DNA from: Blastocatellia bacterium
GTDB lineage: Bacteria; Acidobacteriota; Blastocatellia; RBC074
Assembly: GCA_049454155.1 (NCBI GenBank)
Contig: JBMUAP010000001.1
Location: 1 to 30,981 of the forward strand
Reading direction: 5' to 3'
Length of the DNA: 30,981 nt
In this document: positions 1 through 8,642 of the stretch, piece by piece
Layout: each line of letters begins with the position of its first letter
Position numbering within the stretch: the first letter of the stretch is position 1
Made by a program: the position numbers and the translations under genes
Notes under the pieces: generated by a model
The model's input: only the letters and a program-made list of their open reading frames with translations
Databases searched by the model: none
Told to the model about the DNA's origin: nothing

Positions 1-113
1 GCGGGCACCCGCGCGGTCGGGCCGAAGGCGAAGCTCGTCGGCTTTCATCCCGACGATCCTTGGAACCGCGCGACGCTGATCTCGCGCGGACCTTCGCACC
101 GACGTTCCGGCGC

Positions 114-530
114 TCAGATGAAGGCCGTTGACGCGATGTTTCTCTGGTCGAATCGCTTGGGCGAGCGGGCAAAGAAGGCCCGACACTGCCCCAGTGCAAC
201 CGGGTGAGAATAGACGTGGCATACCTCCGTGAGAGTTGTGCCGGGGGGGACGATCAGGTTGTGGACGATGCGGAGATAGGTCTCCCCGACGATCGTCAAG
301 TGATGGCGCAGCAAGAGGTCGAAGTTCTGGTAGACGGGACCGAAGAGGGTGTTCTCGATTGGTGCCAGGCACGCATCAGACTCGCCTCGCTCTGTCACCG
401 CGAACATCTCCTCGAACGTCTCACAAGGGACCAGTTCGATCTCCCTTCCCAGCATCCGGTGCGCTGCCTCGGTACTGAAGGCGCCCAGTTCTCCTTGAAA
501 CGCAACCCGAACTCTCTTATGGCGTGTCAT
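114..530 (-). pseudogene. pheA: Prephenate dehydratase, N-terminal half only (truncated at about nt 160; may be an assembly artefact)
   Basis: VAFQGELGAFS, LAPIENTLFGPV, GETYLRIVHNL and VYSHPVALGQCR are PDT-domain motifs. After FFARSP the expected YDTAG-like motif and the ACT domain are absent in all three minus frames. Confidence 0.85.
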
Positions 531-581
531 CCGTTTCGTCCTTCTGTCCAGATTTCTTGGAAGATCATCTCGACAAAGAAT

Positions 582-620
582 AAAAGAAAAAGCCCCTCGT
601 TGCTGGTGGAACGAGGGGCT
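582..620 (-). terminator. Intrinsic terminator (attenuator terminator) upstream of pheA
   Basis: Perfect 11-bp stem AGCCCCTCGTT / AACGAGGGGCT (591-601, 610-620) with an 8-nt loop, followed on the minus strand by TTTTCTTTT, about 50 nt before the pheA start. Confidence 0.85.
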
Positions 621-646
621 CTTTTACCTGTCTGGTGGCGACTTGG

Positions 647-850
647 TTACGTCGCACTCCGACCGGCCCCGTTGGAGGGGCTAAACGAAAAAAAGAATGC
701 AGTTGGGGAAGCGTCTAATCGCGGAGAGCAATCTGCCAAGCGAGCGCTGCGGTCGCGGTGACGATGACCCCGGAGTGACGAGATCGCCTCTTGGCGAGGA
801 GAACTGCCATTCCTTTGATCCCCGATGGTTCTTATCCCTTCGACCGCCAT
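647..850 (-). CDS. Putative Phe-rich leader peptide (pheL-like); start uncertain (ATG 850, TTG 739 or GTG 898)
   Basis: Frame ends ...TAFFFSFSPSNGAGRSAT*. All four Phe codons lie within 5 codons (683-697), and the stop is 27 nt before the terminator stem. ATG 850 has GGGAAG upstream. Confidence 0.6.
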   Translation of the reverse strand: MAVEGIRTIGDQRNGSSPRQEAISSLRGHRHRDRSARLADCSPRLDASPTAFFFSFSPSNGAGRSAT

Positions 851-980
851 CAGTGGCTTCCCTTTATTTAACCGGTTATTGATCCCATTATGGATCACTT
901 TGTGAAGATCCCCCGACTGACTCAGGCTGGAGAAAAACTTCTACCAAAAGCCTATCGGCAAAATTAACCAACAACACCAA

Positions 981-1009
981 ATTATGGACTGGCGTCTCCA
1001 GTCCGTCAA
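981..1009 (-). promoter_or_regulatory. sigma70-type promoter for the pheA leader
   Basis: Minus strand TTGACG (1009-1004) - 17 nt - CATAAT (986-981). Confidence 0.65.
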
Positions 1010-1056
1010 GCATACTTCTTCGAGTCGAGCAGGTCGGGTTGCGGAGGGAGGAGAGG

Positions 1057-1725
1057 TTAGCGCACCGGGGAGGGACGGCTCAACTGGAGAAGATTCGATT
1101 CAATCCCCGAAGGGGGCAGGAGACGAATATTGTAGAACGCCTTGAATTCCGCAGCGAGTTCACGAAGGGATTGGTAGTCGACCTGGAGAGAGGGGCGGAG
1201 GGTCCCAGCCATCCCAACCGCCTCCAGTCCCAACTGGTTGGCAATGTAGAGGGCTCGGGGCAGATGAAATTCCTGGGTTACCAGCACGGCCCGTCTCAGA
1301 CCAAAGACCGTTCGTGCTCGCAGGCAGGTCTCATACGTCGATCGGCCACTGGGATCGAGCAGGATGTCTCGAGTCGGAATCGACCGTGCGATGAGGTACT
1401 CCCGCATGGCCCTCGGCTCGTTATAGCTCGCGTGGCGATTATCCCCGGACACGAGAATCCGGTCGATCTTCTTCGCCTGATAGAGTTGGATGGCGGTTTC
1501 CACGCGGTCAGCGAGAACCGGTGAGAGGTGACGGTTGCCAAGGACACTCGCGCCGAAGACAATCGCCACCCGCGGGTGCGGCCAATCGTCGGTCGGGACG
1601 GCTTCCACCTCCGAGAGAATCCGACTGTCGTACTGGTGGACCTCCCGTCGAATATAGAACACAGCTCCCATCGTCAGTAGAAAAAGCCCTATGATCAAAC
1701 GACTCGCCATGGCTGACCGATCCAA
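1057..1725 (-). CDS. sanA: SanA/YdcF (DUF218, ElyC-like) membrane-anchored protein
   Basis: N-terminal TM helix; AIVFGA, LADRVETAIQLY, ILVSGDN, YNEPRAMR, STYETC and VTQEFHLPRALY motifs. Confidence 0.8.
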   Translation of the reverse strand: MDRSAMASRLIIGLFLLTMGAVFYIRREVHQYDSRILSEVEAVPTDDWPHPRVAIVFGASVLGNRHLSPVLADRVETAIQLYQAKKIDRILVSGDNRHASYNEPRAMREYLIARSIPTRDILLDPSGRSTYETCLRARTVFGLRRAVLVTQEFHLPRALYIANQLGLEAVGMAGTLRPSLQVDYQSLRELAAEFKAFYNIRLLPPSGIESNLLQLSRPSPVR

Positions 1726-2033
1726 GCTCCTGGAATTCTATGAGGATCTCTGAGCAGCTTTCGGGGTGGCCGGCTGGTGGGTACACTGGTTGGGCCTCCC
1801 ACAGATCCCTCCCCTCTTATTTCGGACCCTTCTTTTCTCGGGTCCTTCGTGCATCAGACTGGAAGACGCGGGTCTTCCTGACCCCCTTATGAGACAACCA
1901 GCCGTTTCTGATGTCAACCCGTCACCATTCATCCCAATTGCCAAGCCCGCCAACCACGCCCCAAGGACCCCCATCCAGGGTGGATCACACCAGCACGTTC
2001 GCCGCACTCCTGCTTCTGATCTTCCTGATCGAC

Positions 2034-2063
2034 TTGACATCCCGTCTCTCCCCCTCGTATAAA
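2034..2063 (+). promoter_or_regulatory. sigma70-type promoter upstream of the ECF-like sigma gene
   Basis: TTGACA (2034-2039) - 18 nt - TATAAA (2058-2063). Confidence 0.65.
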
Positions 2064-2220
2064 ACCATTGTGCCACCTCCCGCTCGGGATTGCGTTGAAT
2101 TGCGGAGACCGCGAAACTTCGTTCCCTGAACCGGAAGAAAAGGGCGACTCAGCCACGCCCACGAATCTACAAATTTCAGCAGTCACCTCCGAAAAGCCTA
2201 TGAGGGTGTGAAGAAGGGAC

Positions 2221-3342
2221 ATGTCTATGCTGGAGATCGATCCGGTGCTGGACTCCTTTATTCAAGCCGCTGCCGGGGAAGAGCGGGATGATCAGCTCGA
2301 GAAGTTGGTGCTGGAGTGCATCCCGATCATTCGACGAGTGCTTCGCCAGCGGCTCGGGTTCCACGTCAACGCCAAGGGGGAGAACTCGCGCATTCCAGAT
2401 GCCGCGGATCTCTTTCATGAAATCCTGGTCCGCATTCTGCAGCGACTGCACTCGCTGCAGATCGAGGGGGGCGGGGAGGAGATCCGCGATTTTGGTGCCT
2501 ATGTCAGTCGAACGGCTTGCAATGTCTGCCACGACTATCTCCGTGAACGGTACCCGCTGCGCCATCTCCTCAAGAACCGGATACGCTATCTCCTGCATGA
2601 CCGGCCAGAACTGGTGGTACGCGAGCATCGCCAAGGGGGGCGACGCGCTGTCCACTGTGGCCTGACAAATTGGTCAGAAGATCTCTGGCGGCAGATTCCC
2701 CCTGACGCACGGGATATGGGCGAGGTAGAGGAGCCACTTAAAGAATGGCTCCGAAAAGAGTTTGGGACAGCTCTCAATCTCGATTCGTTTCCTTTGGCAA
2801 GGGTTCTGCTCGGGATTTTGACCCGGATTGGGCACCCCATCGAACTCGATCAATTGGTCTACTTGGTGGCTTCCGTCCGGGGGACGCGGGAATGGACGGT
2901 CGAATCGATCGACGAGGACGAGAATCCGCTTGCCGGATCCCTTCCCGACCCCCATCCCCGGATCGATCAGCAGCTCGAAGAGGAGGAGTTGCTGCAGCGA
3001 CTCTGGGAAGCCATCCGCACCCTTCCCCTCGTGCAGCGAAGGATCGTTCTCCTTGGACAGGGCGATGAACGGGGGCATGACCTCTGGAGCCTCCTTCTTG
3101 AAGCCGGTGCGGTTCCCCTGGCAGATCTCTCAGCCAGTCTTGAACTGCAGCCAATCGAGACGGCGGCACTTTGGGCGGAGATCCCCTTGGATACGTCCGC
3201 ACTGGCCACCTTCCTCAACCTGACGCGTACCCAAGTCATTCGCTGGAAGTTTTATGCGCGTCAACAATTGCGCAAGCAACTACTCCAGGCTTCCTCTCCC
3301 TCCCGGAAAAAGTCTCGGATAATGACGCGTGAGACCGAATGA
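2221..3342 (+). CDS. Extended ECF-like sigma-70 family factor (373 aa)
   Basis: Sigma2-like DAADLFHEILVRIL...DFGAYVSRTACNVCHDYLR and sigma4-like LWEAIRTLPLVQRRIVLL...ALATFLNLTRTQVIRWKFYARQQLR; SD GAAGGG; followed by a zinc-finger anti-sigma gene. Confidence 0.7.
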   Translation: MSMLEIDPVLDSFIQAAAGEERDDQLEKLVLECIPIIRRVLRQRLGFHVNAKGENSRIPDAADLFHEILVRILQRLHSLQIEGGGEEIRDFGAYVSRTACNVCHDYLRERYPLRHLLKNRIRYLLHDRPELVVREHRQGGRRAVHCGLTNWSEDLWRQIPPDARDMGEVEEPLKEWLRKEFGTALNLDSFPLARVLLGILTRIGHPIELDQLVYLVASVRGTREWTVESIDEDENPLAGSLPDPHPRIDQQLEEEELLQRLWEAIRTLPLVQRRIVLLGQGDERGHDLWSLLLEAGAVPLADLSASLELQPIETAALWAEIPLDTSALATFLNLTRTQVIRWKFYARQQLRKQLLQASSPSRKKSRIMTRETE

Positions 3343-3476
3343 AACGGATTGGTGAACGTCATCCTGACTTGATCTCGATGGTGCACGGGGAGATCGTTGG
3401 GCGGTGCACGCCGGCGAGCCTGACGGACACGGGAGCATTTGAACGGGCCGGGAACGAAGAGAGGAAGAGAGGTTGA

Positions 3477-4052
3477 ATGAAAAGAGAGGAATTGGACCAT
3501 ATCCCACGTGAGATCTTGCGCCAGCTCGTTGCGGGAAGGTTGCAGATCGCGGTCACTCACGTGACTCTGACCCATCTGCTGGCGTGCCCCGCCTGTTGGG
3601 CAGACTACAGCGCGCTGCTCAGGGCGCAGCGGGCCTCACCCATTCCAAGAGGGGATTGGCTGCTCAGCGGCTGGGGGCGTGAGGATCACCTCGACTTCGA
3701 GACCTTGCGAGCTCTGGTCGATCTTCGGGTCAAGGAGGCGCGGAAGGAGCGATCGAGGCACGGCAAGGACGAGCCCTCGGGAAGCGCGGATTGGTGGGTG
3801 ATGGAACATCTTGCGCAATGCCGACTTTGTCAATGGGCGGTGGATGATCTGGTGAAGTTTGTCACGGCACAACGGGAGGTCGCACCCGATCAAGCGTCCA
3901 AGGGGGGCTCCACCAACCAGCCACGCCGACGGGCGACCTTGAACATCCATCTGCGCATTGGAAAACGTGGCTGGGCCGCGGGTGGCCGTGGATTCTTTCT
4001 CCCAGTGGGGGTGGGAATCCTGCTGCTGTTGAGAGATCTGCGGCTGCTGTGA
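3477..4052 (+). CDS. Putative zinc-binding anti-sigma factor (two HxxxCxxC motifs, C-terminal hydrophobic segment)
   Basis: H8-x24-H33LLAC37PAC40 and H71...H111LAQC115RLC118; purine-rich SD; directly downstream of the sigma gene. Confidence 0.7.
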   Translation: MKREELDHIPREILRQLVAGRLQIAVTHVTLTHLLACPACWADYSALLRAQRASPIPRGDWLLSGWGREDHLDFETLRALVDLRVKEARKERSRHGKDEPSGSADWWVMEHLAQCRLCQWAVDDLVKFVTAQREVAPDQASKGGSTNQPRRRATLNIHLRIGKRGWAAGGRGFFLPVGVGILLLLRDLRLL

Positions 4053-4168
4053 ACTGGCTGCCGGATCGTTCGCTTCGCTGCCACTTTCACAAGGGAGAGA
4101 CAGGTGGTGATCCAACCACCTGCTGGGGATAGGATCACCGGTACCACGGAGGGGCTGTCTGTCCCTCC

Positions 4169-7100
4169 TCAGTAGACGATCGTGGGCAGTTGGGCTTGGC
4201 GGAGAGATTCGTTGAGCTTCTTCATCTGCTCGCGGAGAAACCGGTCAACCTCGCTGCTCTTGGCCAACGCCTCGGGGAAGAGTTCGTTGGCAAACTCCTT
4301 CTGCGCGGAGGTAGGAGCGGCGTGCACTCCTTGAATCGAGGAGAAGAGCGAGCTGAGCTGATTGGCAACCCGGGAGGTCCCCCTGTACCCAAGCCCCTCA
4401 GCCGGCGAGCTCGCCAGCTGGTTGAGCAGTCGATCGACTTCGGTCAGTGTCTCCCGAAGGGCCTGGGTCGACGCGGCAGGAGCGTTGGGCATCCGGTCCC
4501 GGATCGTGCGCTCGAGCTGTTGGATCTGCTCGCGGATTCCATCGAGGGTCCGCAGTTGACGATTGATCGACGAGAGGGATTCCTGCAGTCGATTCGAGAG
4601 GTCGAACTGCTCCGCCAGGGCGGCGCTGGAGACACTCACCGTTGGGTCGATCCGCACCTCGACCTTTCTCTCCTCGCGTGTCTCCCCGACGAGCAGACGA
4701 ACCGTGTAGACACCGGGGAGGACTAAGGTCCCACGCTGACTGATCCCCATCATCCGCATCTGTTCGAGCTGCTCAGTGGTCGGAGGCCGTCGAGGTGTCG
4801 CCGGTTCCAGTCCGAGGTCCCAGGTGGTTCGATTGAGCCCGGCTTCGCGCGGAATCTGGCTCAATTCCCGCAGGAGGCGTCCAGACGAATCCAGAATCTG
4901 GAGTTTGACGGGGACATTCGCGGCGGGTTTCTCCCGCAAGTGGTAGGTGAGCAGGGCCCCCTGGGGGGGGTTGGGGCCAGCATAAGGCTTGTCTCCAATC
5001 CCGTAGCGGGTGAAACGGGTGGTGAAGCGCAGCGCGGGGCGTGGCTCGAAGAGATGGACCTCCCGGCCCAGGATCTCTGGAGTGAACCGTTGAATCGGGG
5101 TTGCGTCATCGAAGATCCAGAAGCTTCGGCCGTGTGTTGCCAGAATCAGATCGTTCTCCCGAGGATGGACGAAGATATCATGGATGGCAACCCGCGGCAG
5201 GTTCTTCATTCCCAGCTCGATCCACGTCTTGCCTCCATCGTAGGTCGCGAAGAGCCCTAGTTCTGTCCCGGCATAGAGGAGGTTGGGATTGCGGGGGTCT
5301 TCCTTGAGAGCGTGCACATAGGCCTTGGATGGCAGATTGCCGCTGATCCGCGTGAAGCTCTCTCCTCCATCCGTCGTGCGATAGACATAGGGCTGGAAGT
5401 CGTCCAACATGTGGCGATCGAAGGCGAGGTAGGCGGTTCCGGCCGAGGTCGCCGACGGTTCGATATGGGAGACCGACGAGAAGGGGGGCAGTCCGGCGAT
5501 GCGCGATGTCAGGTTGACCCAGCTCTTTCCTCCGTCTTTCGTCCGTTGAACTGCTCCGTCATCGGTGCCCACCCAGATGAGTCCTGGCTGCACGGGAGAC
5601 TCACCGACACTGATGATGGTGCAGTGGTATTCTGCGGTCGTATTCTCGGTGGCAATCGGCCCCCCGGCATCCTTGAGCTTCTCGGGATCGTTGGTGGTCA
5701 AATCCCCGCTGATCTGGGTCCACGTCAGGCCAAAGTCGGGCGAGCGGAAGAGGACATTCCCACCCAGATAGACCGTCGTTTTTTGGTGCGGAGAGAAGAC
5801 GAGCGGCGCATTCCAGTGAAATCGGTACTTCTGGTTTGAGGCGGCCCCGCCGATTCCCGCGACCCAGGGCTTGACCAACTGCTGCTCCCGGGTTCGCATG
5901 TCGGTTCGCATCAAATTTCCTCCCTGCGAGAGTGAGAGGTAGAGCTCCGGGTCGTCCGGATGATTGATCACTTTGAAACCATCCCCAAAACTGACCATCC
6001 GCCAGTCGTCGTTCAAAATTCCGTCCGGCTCCCGGGTACGACCCGGTCCCGTCCAGCTGCCGTTGTCCTGCATTCCGCCCATGACCCAGTAGAAGGGTTG
6101 GCGGAGGTCCGCATGAACGTGATAGGGCTGTCCAATCGGCAGGTTGTTGACATTCTCCCACGAGCCTCCCCGGTCGTACGAGACCGCAACCCCCCCATCG
6201 TTACCGACCCAGATCCGTTCCGGATGGAGCGGATCGATCCACATGGCGTGATAATCGATGTGGACTTTCGGTGCGATCGTCCGGTGGGTTCGTCCCCCAT
6301 CGATCGAGACAAAGAGGGGAGAAGAGATGGCATAGACGCGATTCTCATTCTGGGGATCGACTCGCAGATCTGTGTAATAAAACCCGCGGGAGACGATGTT
6401 GGCTTGCCGGGAGACCGTCTGGAAGCTCTCCCCCTTGTCCTCGGATCGAAAGAGCGTCCCCTCTTTCGTCTCGGCGATGACATAGACGACCTCCGGGTTG
6501 GACGGAGCGACCTTGACGCCGATCCGGCCCATCAGCGATGGAAGCCCCTTGGTCAGTCGCTTCCACGTCTGTCCTCCATCGATCGATTTGAAGACGCCCC
6601 CTTTTTCGCTCCCACTGGTGAAGGTCCAGGGCTTGCGTTCGAAGTGCCACATTGCGGCATAGACGATGTTCGGATTAACTGGATCGATGTCCATGTCGGC
6701 GACTCCGTGTGACGGGTCGAGATAGAGTGTCTTGCGCCACGTCTTTCCCCCGTCTGTCGTCAGAAAGACGCCCCGCTCCTCATTGGGCCCGAAGGCGTGG
6801 CCAAGCGCACCGACGAAGACGATATCGGAGTTCTGTGGATGGATCAGAATGCGGGTGATGTACATCGTCTCCCGCAGTCCAAGATGTTGCCAAGTCTTTC
6901 CCCCATCGGTCGATTTATAGACGCCATCGCCGAAGGAGACACTATTCCGCGGGTTCCCTTCGCCCGTTCCCACCCAGATCACTTCCGGATTTTTGGGGTC
7001 GATGGCGATGTCGCCGAGCGAGAGGGTACCTTGCCGCTCGAAGATCGGCTGCCAACTCATCCCGCCATTGGTCGTCTTCCACAATCCTCCCGAGGCAGAA

Positions 7101-7300
7101 GCGACGTAGACGATCTTCGGATTGCCAGGAACGCCCTCGACATCGGCGACCCGACCGGCAAAGATCGCGGGCCCGATACTCCGCCAAGCGAGTGGATCGA
7201 AGGTCTTCGCCTCCTGTCCCAGGGTGGCGGCCGAGGAGCACGCAAGGAGAATCAGACACAGCAAGACAGTGATCAGATGGGAAGAGAGACGAGCGGACAC
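4169..7300 (-). CDS. Secreted VPS10/sortilin-like BNR (Asp-box) repeat beta-propeller protein, glycosyl-hydrolase-like
   Basis: About 11 Asp-boxes (KTTNGGMSW, KSTDGGKTW, LTTDGGKTW, KSIDGGQTW, RSPDFGLTW, RTKDGGKSW, ATYDGGKTW and others), WRSIGPA..GRV start, signal peptide LLCLILLACSSAATLG, helical C-terminus. The ORF track starts at 7459; GTG 7300 is preferred. Confidence 0.85.
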   Translation of the reverse strand: MSARLSSHLITVLLCLILLACSSAATLGQEAKTFDPLAWRSIGPAIFAGRVADVEGVPGNPKIVYVASASGGLWKTTNGGMSWQPIFERQGTLSLGDIAIDPKNPEVIWVGTGEGNPRNSVSFGDGVYKSTDGGKTWQHLGLRETMYITRILIHPQNSDIVFVGALGHAFGPNEERGVFLTTDGGKTWRKTLYLDPSHGVADMDIDPVNPNIVYAAMWHFERKPWTFTSGSEKGGVFKSIDGGQTWKRLTKGLPSLMGRIGVKVAPSNPEVVYVIAETKEGTLFRSEDKGESFQTVSRQANIVSRGFYYTDLRVDPQNENRVYAISSPLFVSIDGGRTHRTIAPKVHIDYHAMWIDPLHPERIWVGNDGGVAVSYDRGGSWENVNNLPIGQPYHVHADLRQPFYWVMGGMQDNGSWTGPGRTREPDGILNDDWRMVSFGDGFKVINHPDDPELYLSLSQGGNLMRTDMRTREQQLVKPWVAGIGGAASNQKYRFHWNAPLVFSPHQKTTVYLGGNVLFRSPDFGLTWTQISGDLTTNDPEKLKDAGGPIATENTTAEYHCTIISVGESPVQPGLIWVGTDDGAVQRTKDGGKSWVNLTSRIAGLPPFSSVSHIEPSATSAGTAYLAFDRHMLDDFQPYVYRTTDGGESFTRISGNLPSKAYVHALKEDPRNPNLLYAGTELGLFATYDGGKTWIELGMKNLPRVAIHDIFVHPRENDLILATHGRSFWIFDDATPIQRFTPEILGREVHLFEPRPALRFTTRFTRYGIGDKPYAGPNPPQGALLTYHLREKPAANVPVKLQILDSSGRLLRELSQIPREAGLNRTTWDLGLEPATPRRPPTTEQLEQMRMMGISQRGTLVLPGVYTVRLLVGETREERKVEVRIDPTVSVSSAALAEQFDLSNRLQESLSSINRQLRTLDGIREQIQQLERTIRDRMPNAPAASTQALRETLTEVDRLLNQLASSPAEGLGYRGTSRVANQLSSLFSSIQGVHAAPTSAQKEFANELFPEALAKSSEVDRFLREQMKKLNESLRQAQLPTIVY

Positions 7301-7509
7301 GGGTAACCTCCTCAGCGGAACATGCCTACTGGGCAGAGCCGATCCAGCAGGTGGGCCAGCAGGCCAGCAGTCGAATAAGTTGGGGGATTCTCCCGCCCTC
7401 CTCAGGGCGGAGGATCGCTGAGACTCTACCCCGTTCCCGAGGGAAAGGCAAAGTCGCAAGGAGGAGGGACGAGTCCACCATTCTGGTGAGAGGGAGGGGG
7501 AGAAGAGTC

Positions 7510-8622
7510 TCAGTTGGATGGCGCGTAGTATCCTCGGCGATGGCGGAGGCGGATCTCCTTCTGGGCCGGGACTCTGACCTCGATGCGGCGGAAGGCTCCA
7601 TTCGCGGCCTCGTTGGATGGCTCGTACGCAAGGAGGTACTGCTGGCGAAGGTCCTCCTCCAACTGGAGGAAGGCACGGCTCAATTCTCTCGCGCGCTTCG
7701 GAAAGACCGCTCTTCCTCCAGTGGCGTCACTGATTCGCCGGAGGGCCTTCTCATCGACTCCGAATCCTGGATCTCCGATGCCAATTGAGTAGATGACGAC
7801 TTCGGCACGGAGCGCCTCGTTGATCGCGTCCGCGATCTTCATTCGGCTCGTTGTATCTTGCCCATCGGTCAGGAGGATGATCGTTTTGCGGCCCGGTTCC
7901 GGCGCGAGCAGGTCACTGCTCGTTGCGACAATCGAATCCCAGAGGGAAGTGCCCCCCTGTCGGGATCTCCCATTGATGGGGGGCGTCGGCCCTCCAAAGA
8001 TGCCCGTTGGAGGGGGAGCGGTGAAGGCTAGCTCCTCGATTGCCCGTCTCACACGGGCTGGGTTCGAGGTCAATCCTTGCATTACCGTCGCTTCGCCCTC
8101 GAACTTGATCACTGCTGCCGTGTCTTGGCCCCGGCGCAGGACCGAATCGACAAACTGCCCGCCAGCATCCTTGAGCAGCGGCAGGGTGTTTCGCTCACTG
8201 CCGCTGACATCCACTAGCAGGGCCATCGTCAATGGCAGGTCGAACTCACGCTTGAAAGTGAAGATCTCCTGCCGAACTCCGTCCTCATAGACCTCCAGCT
8301 GGGATGATTGGAGGTCGTTGATGTATCGATTCTGCGCATCCTGGGCACTGAAGAGCACATTGACCAGACGTGTCCCGAGCCGGATGGTCGGATCCTGCCC
8401 AAGATCGACTGGGGGGGGAGGTGGTGTTTCCGGTTTTGGCTTCGGATCTTGTTGGCTCTGGCCCGGGTCTGCCACTGCGGCGGCCAGCCCACTCCACGGC
8501 TCTCGGCCTTCGACGAGCAGAATGGTGAAGGCAATCAGACCCACGACGTGGAGACAGAGCCATCCTGCCTGCCGTCTTTGCTTGTCTCTGCGAGGCCTGC
8601 GTCCCGTGCGGACTTCCCTCAT
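7510..8622 (-). CDS. VWA domain protein (VWFA-related acidobacterial type), exported
   Basis: MIDAS elements DVSGS, GGTSLWDSI and LLTDGQD; typical C-terminus LRQQYLLAYEP...FRRIEVR...RHRRGYYA; N-terminal hydrophobic segment. Confidence 0.85.
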   Translation of the reverse strand: MREVRTGRRPRRDKQRRQAGWLCLHVVGLIAFTILLVEGREPWSGLAAAVADPGQSQQDPKPKPETPPPPPVDLGQDPTIRLGTRLVNVLFSAQDAQNRYINDLQSSQLEVYEDGVRQEIFTFKREFDLPLTMALLVDVSGSERNTLPLLKDAGGQFVDSVLRRGQDTAAVIKFEGEATVMQGLTSNPARVRRAIEELAFTAPPPTGIFGGPTPPINGRSRQGGTSLWDSIVATSSDLLAPEPGRKTIILLTDGQDTTSRMKIADAINEALRAEVVIYSIGIGDPGFGVDEKALRRISDATGGRAVFPKRARELSRAFLQLEEDLRQQYLLAYEPSNEAANGAFRRIEVRVPAQKEIRLRHRRGYYAPSN

Positions 8623-8642
8623 TCCATCTCCTTGCGCCGGAT

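Noticed and set aside
1766-2129. Small ORFs in the sanA-sigma intergenic region
   Set aside because: They have no good SD, have Pro/Ser-biased composition, and overlap the sigma70 promoter at 2034-2063. Two short hairpins (1824-1845, 1861-1878) have no U-tracts.
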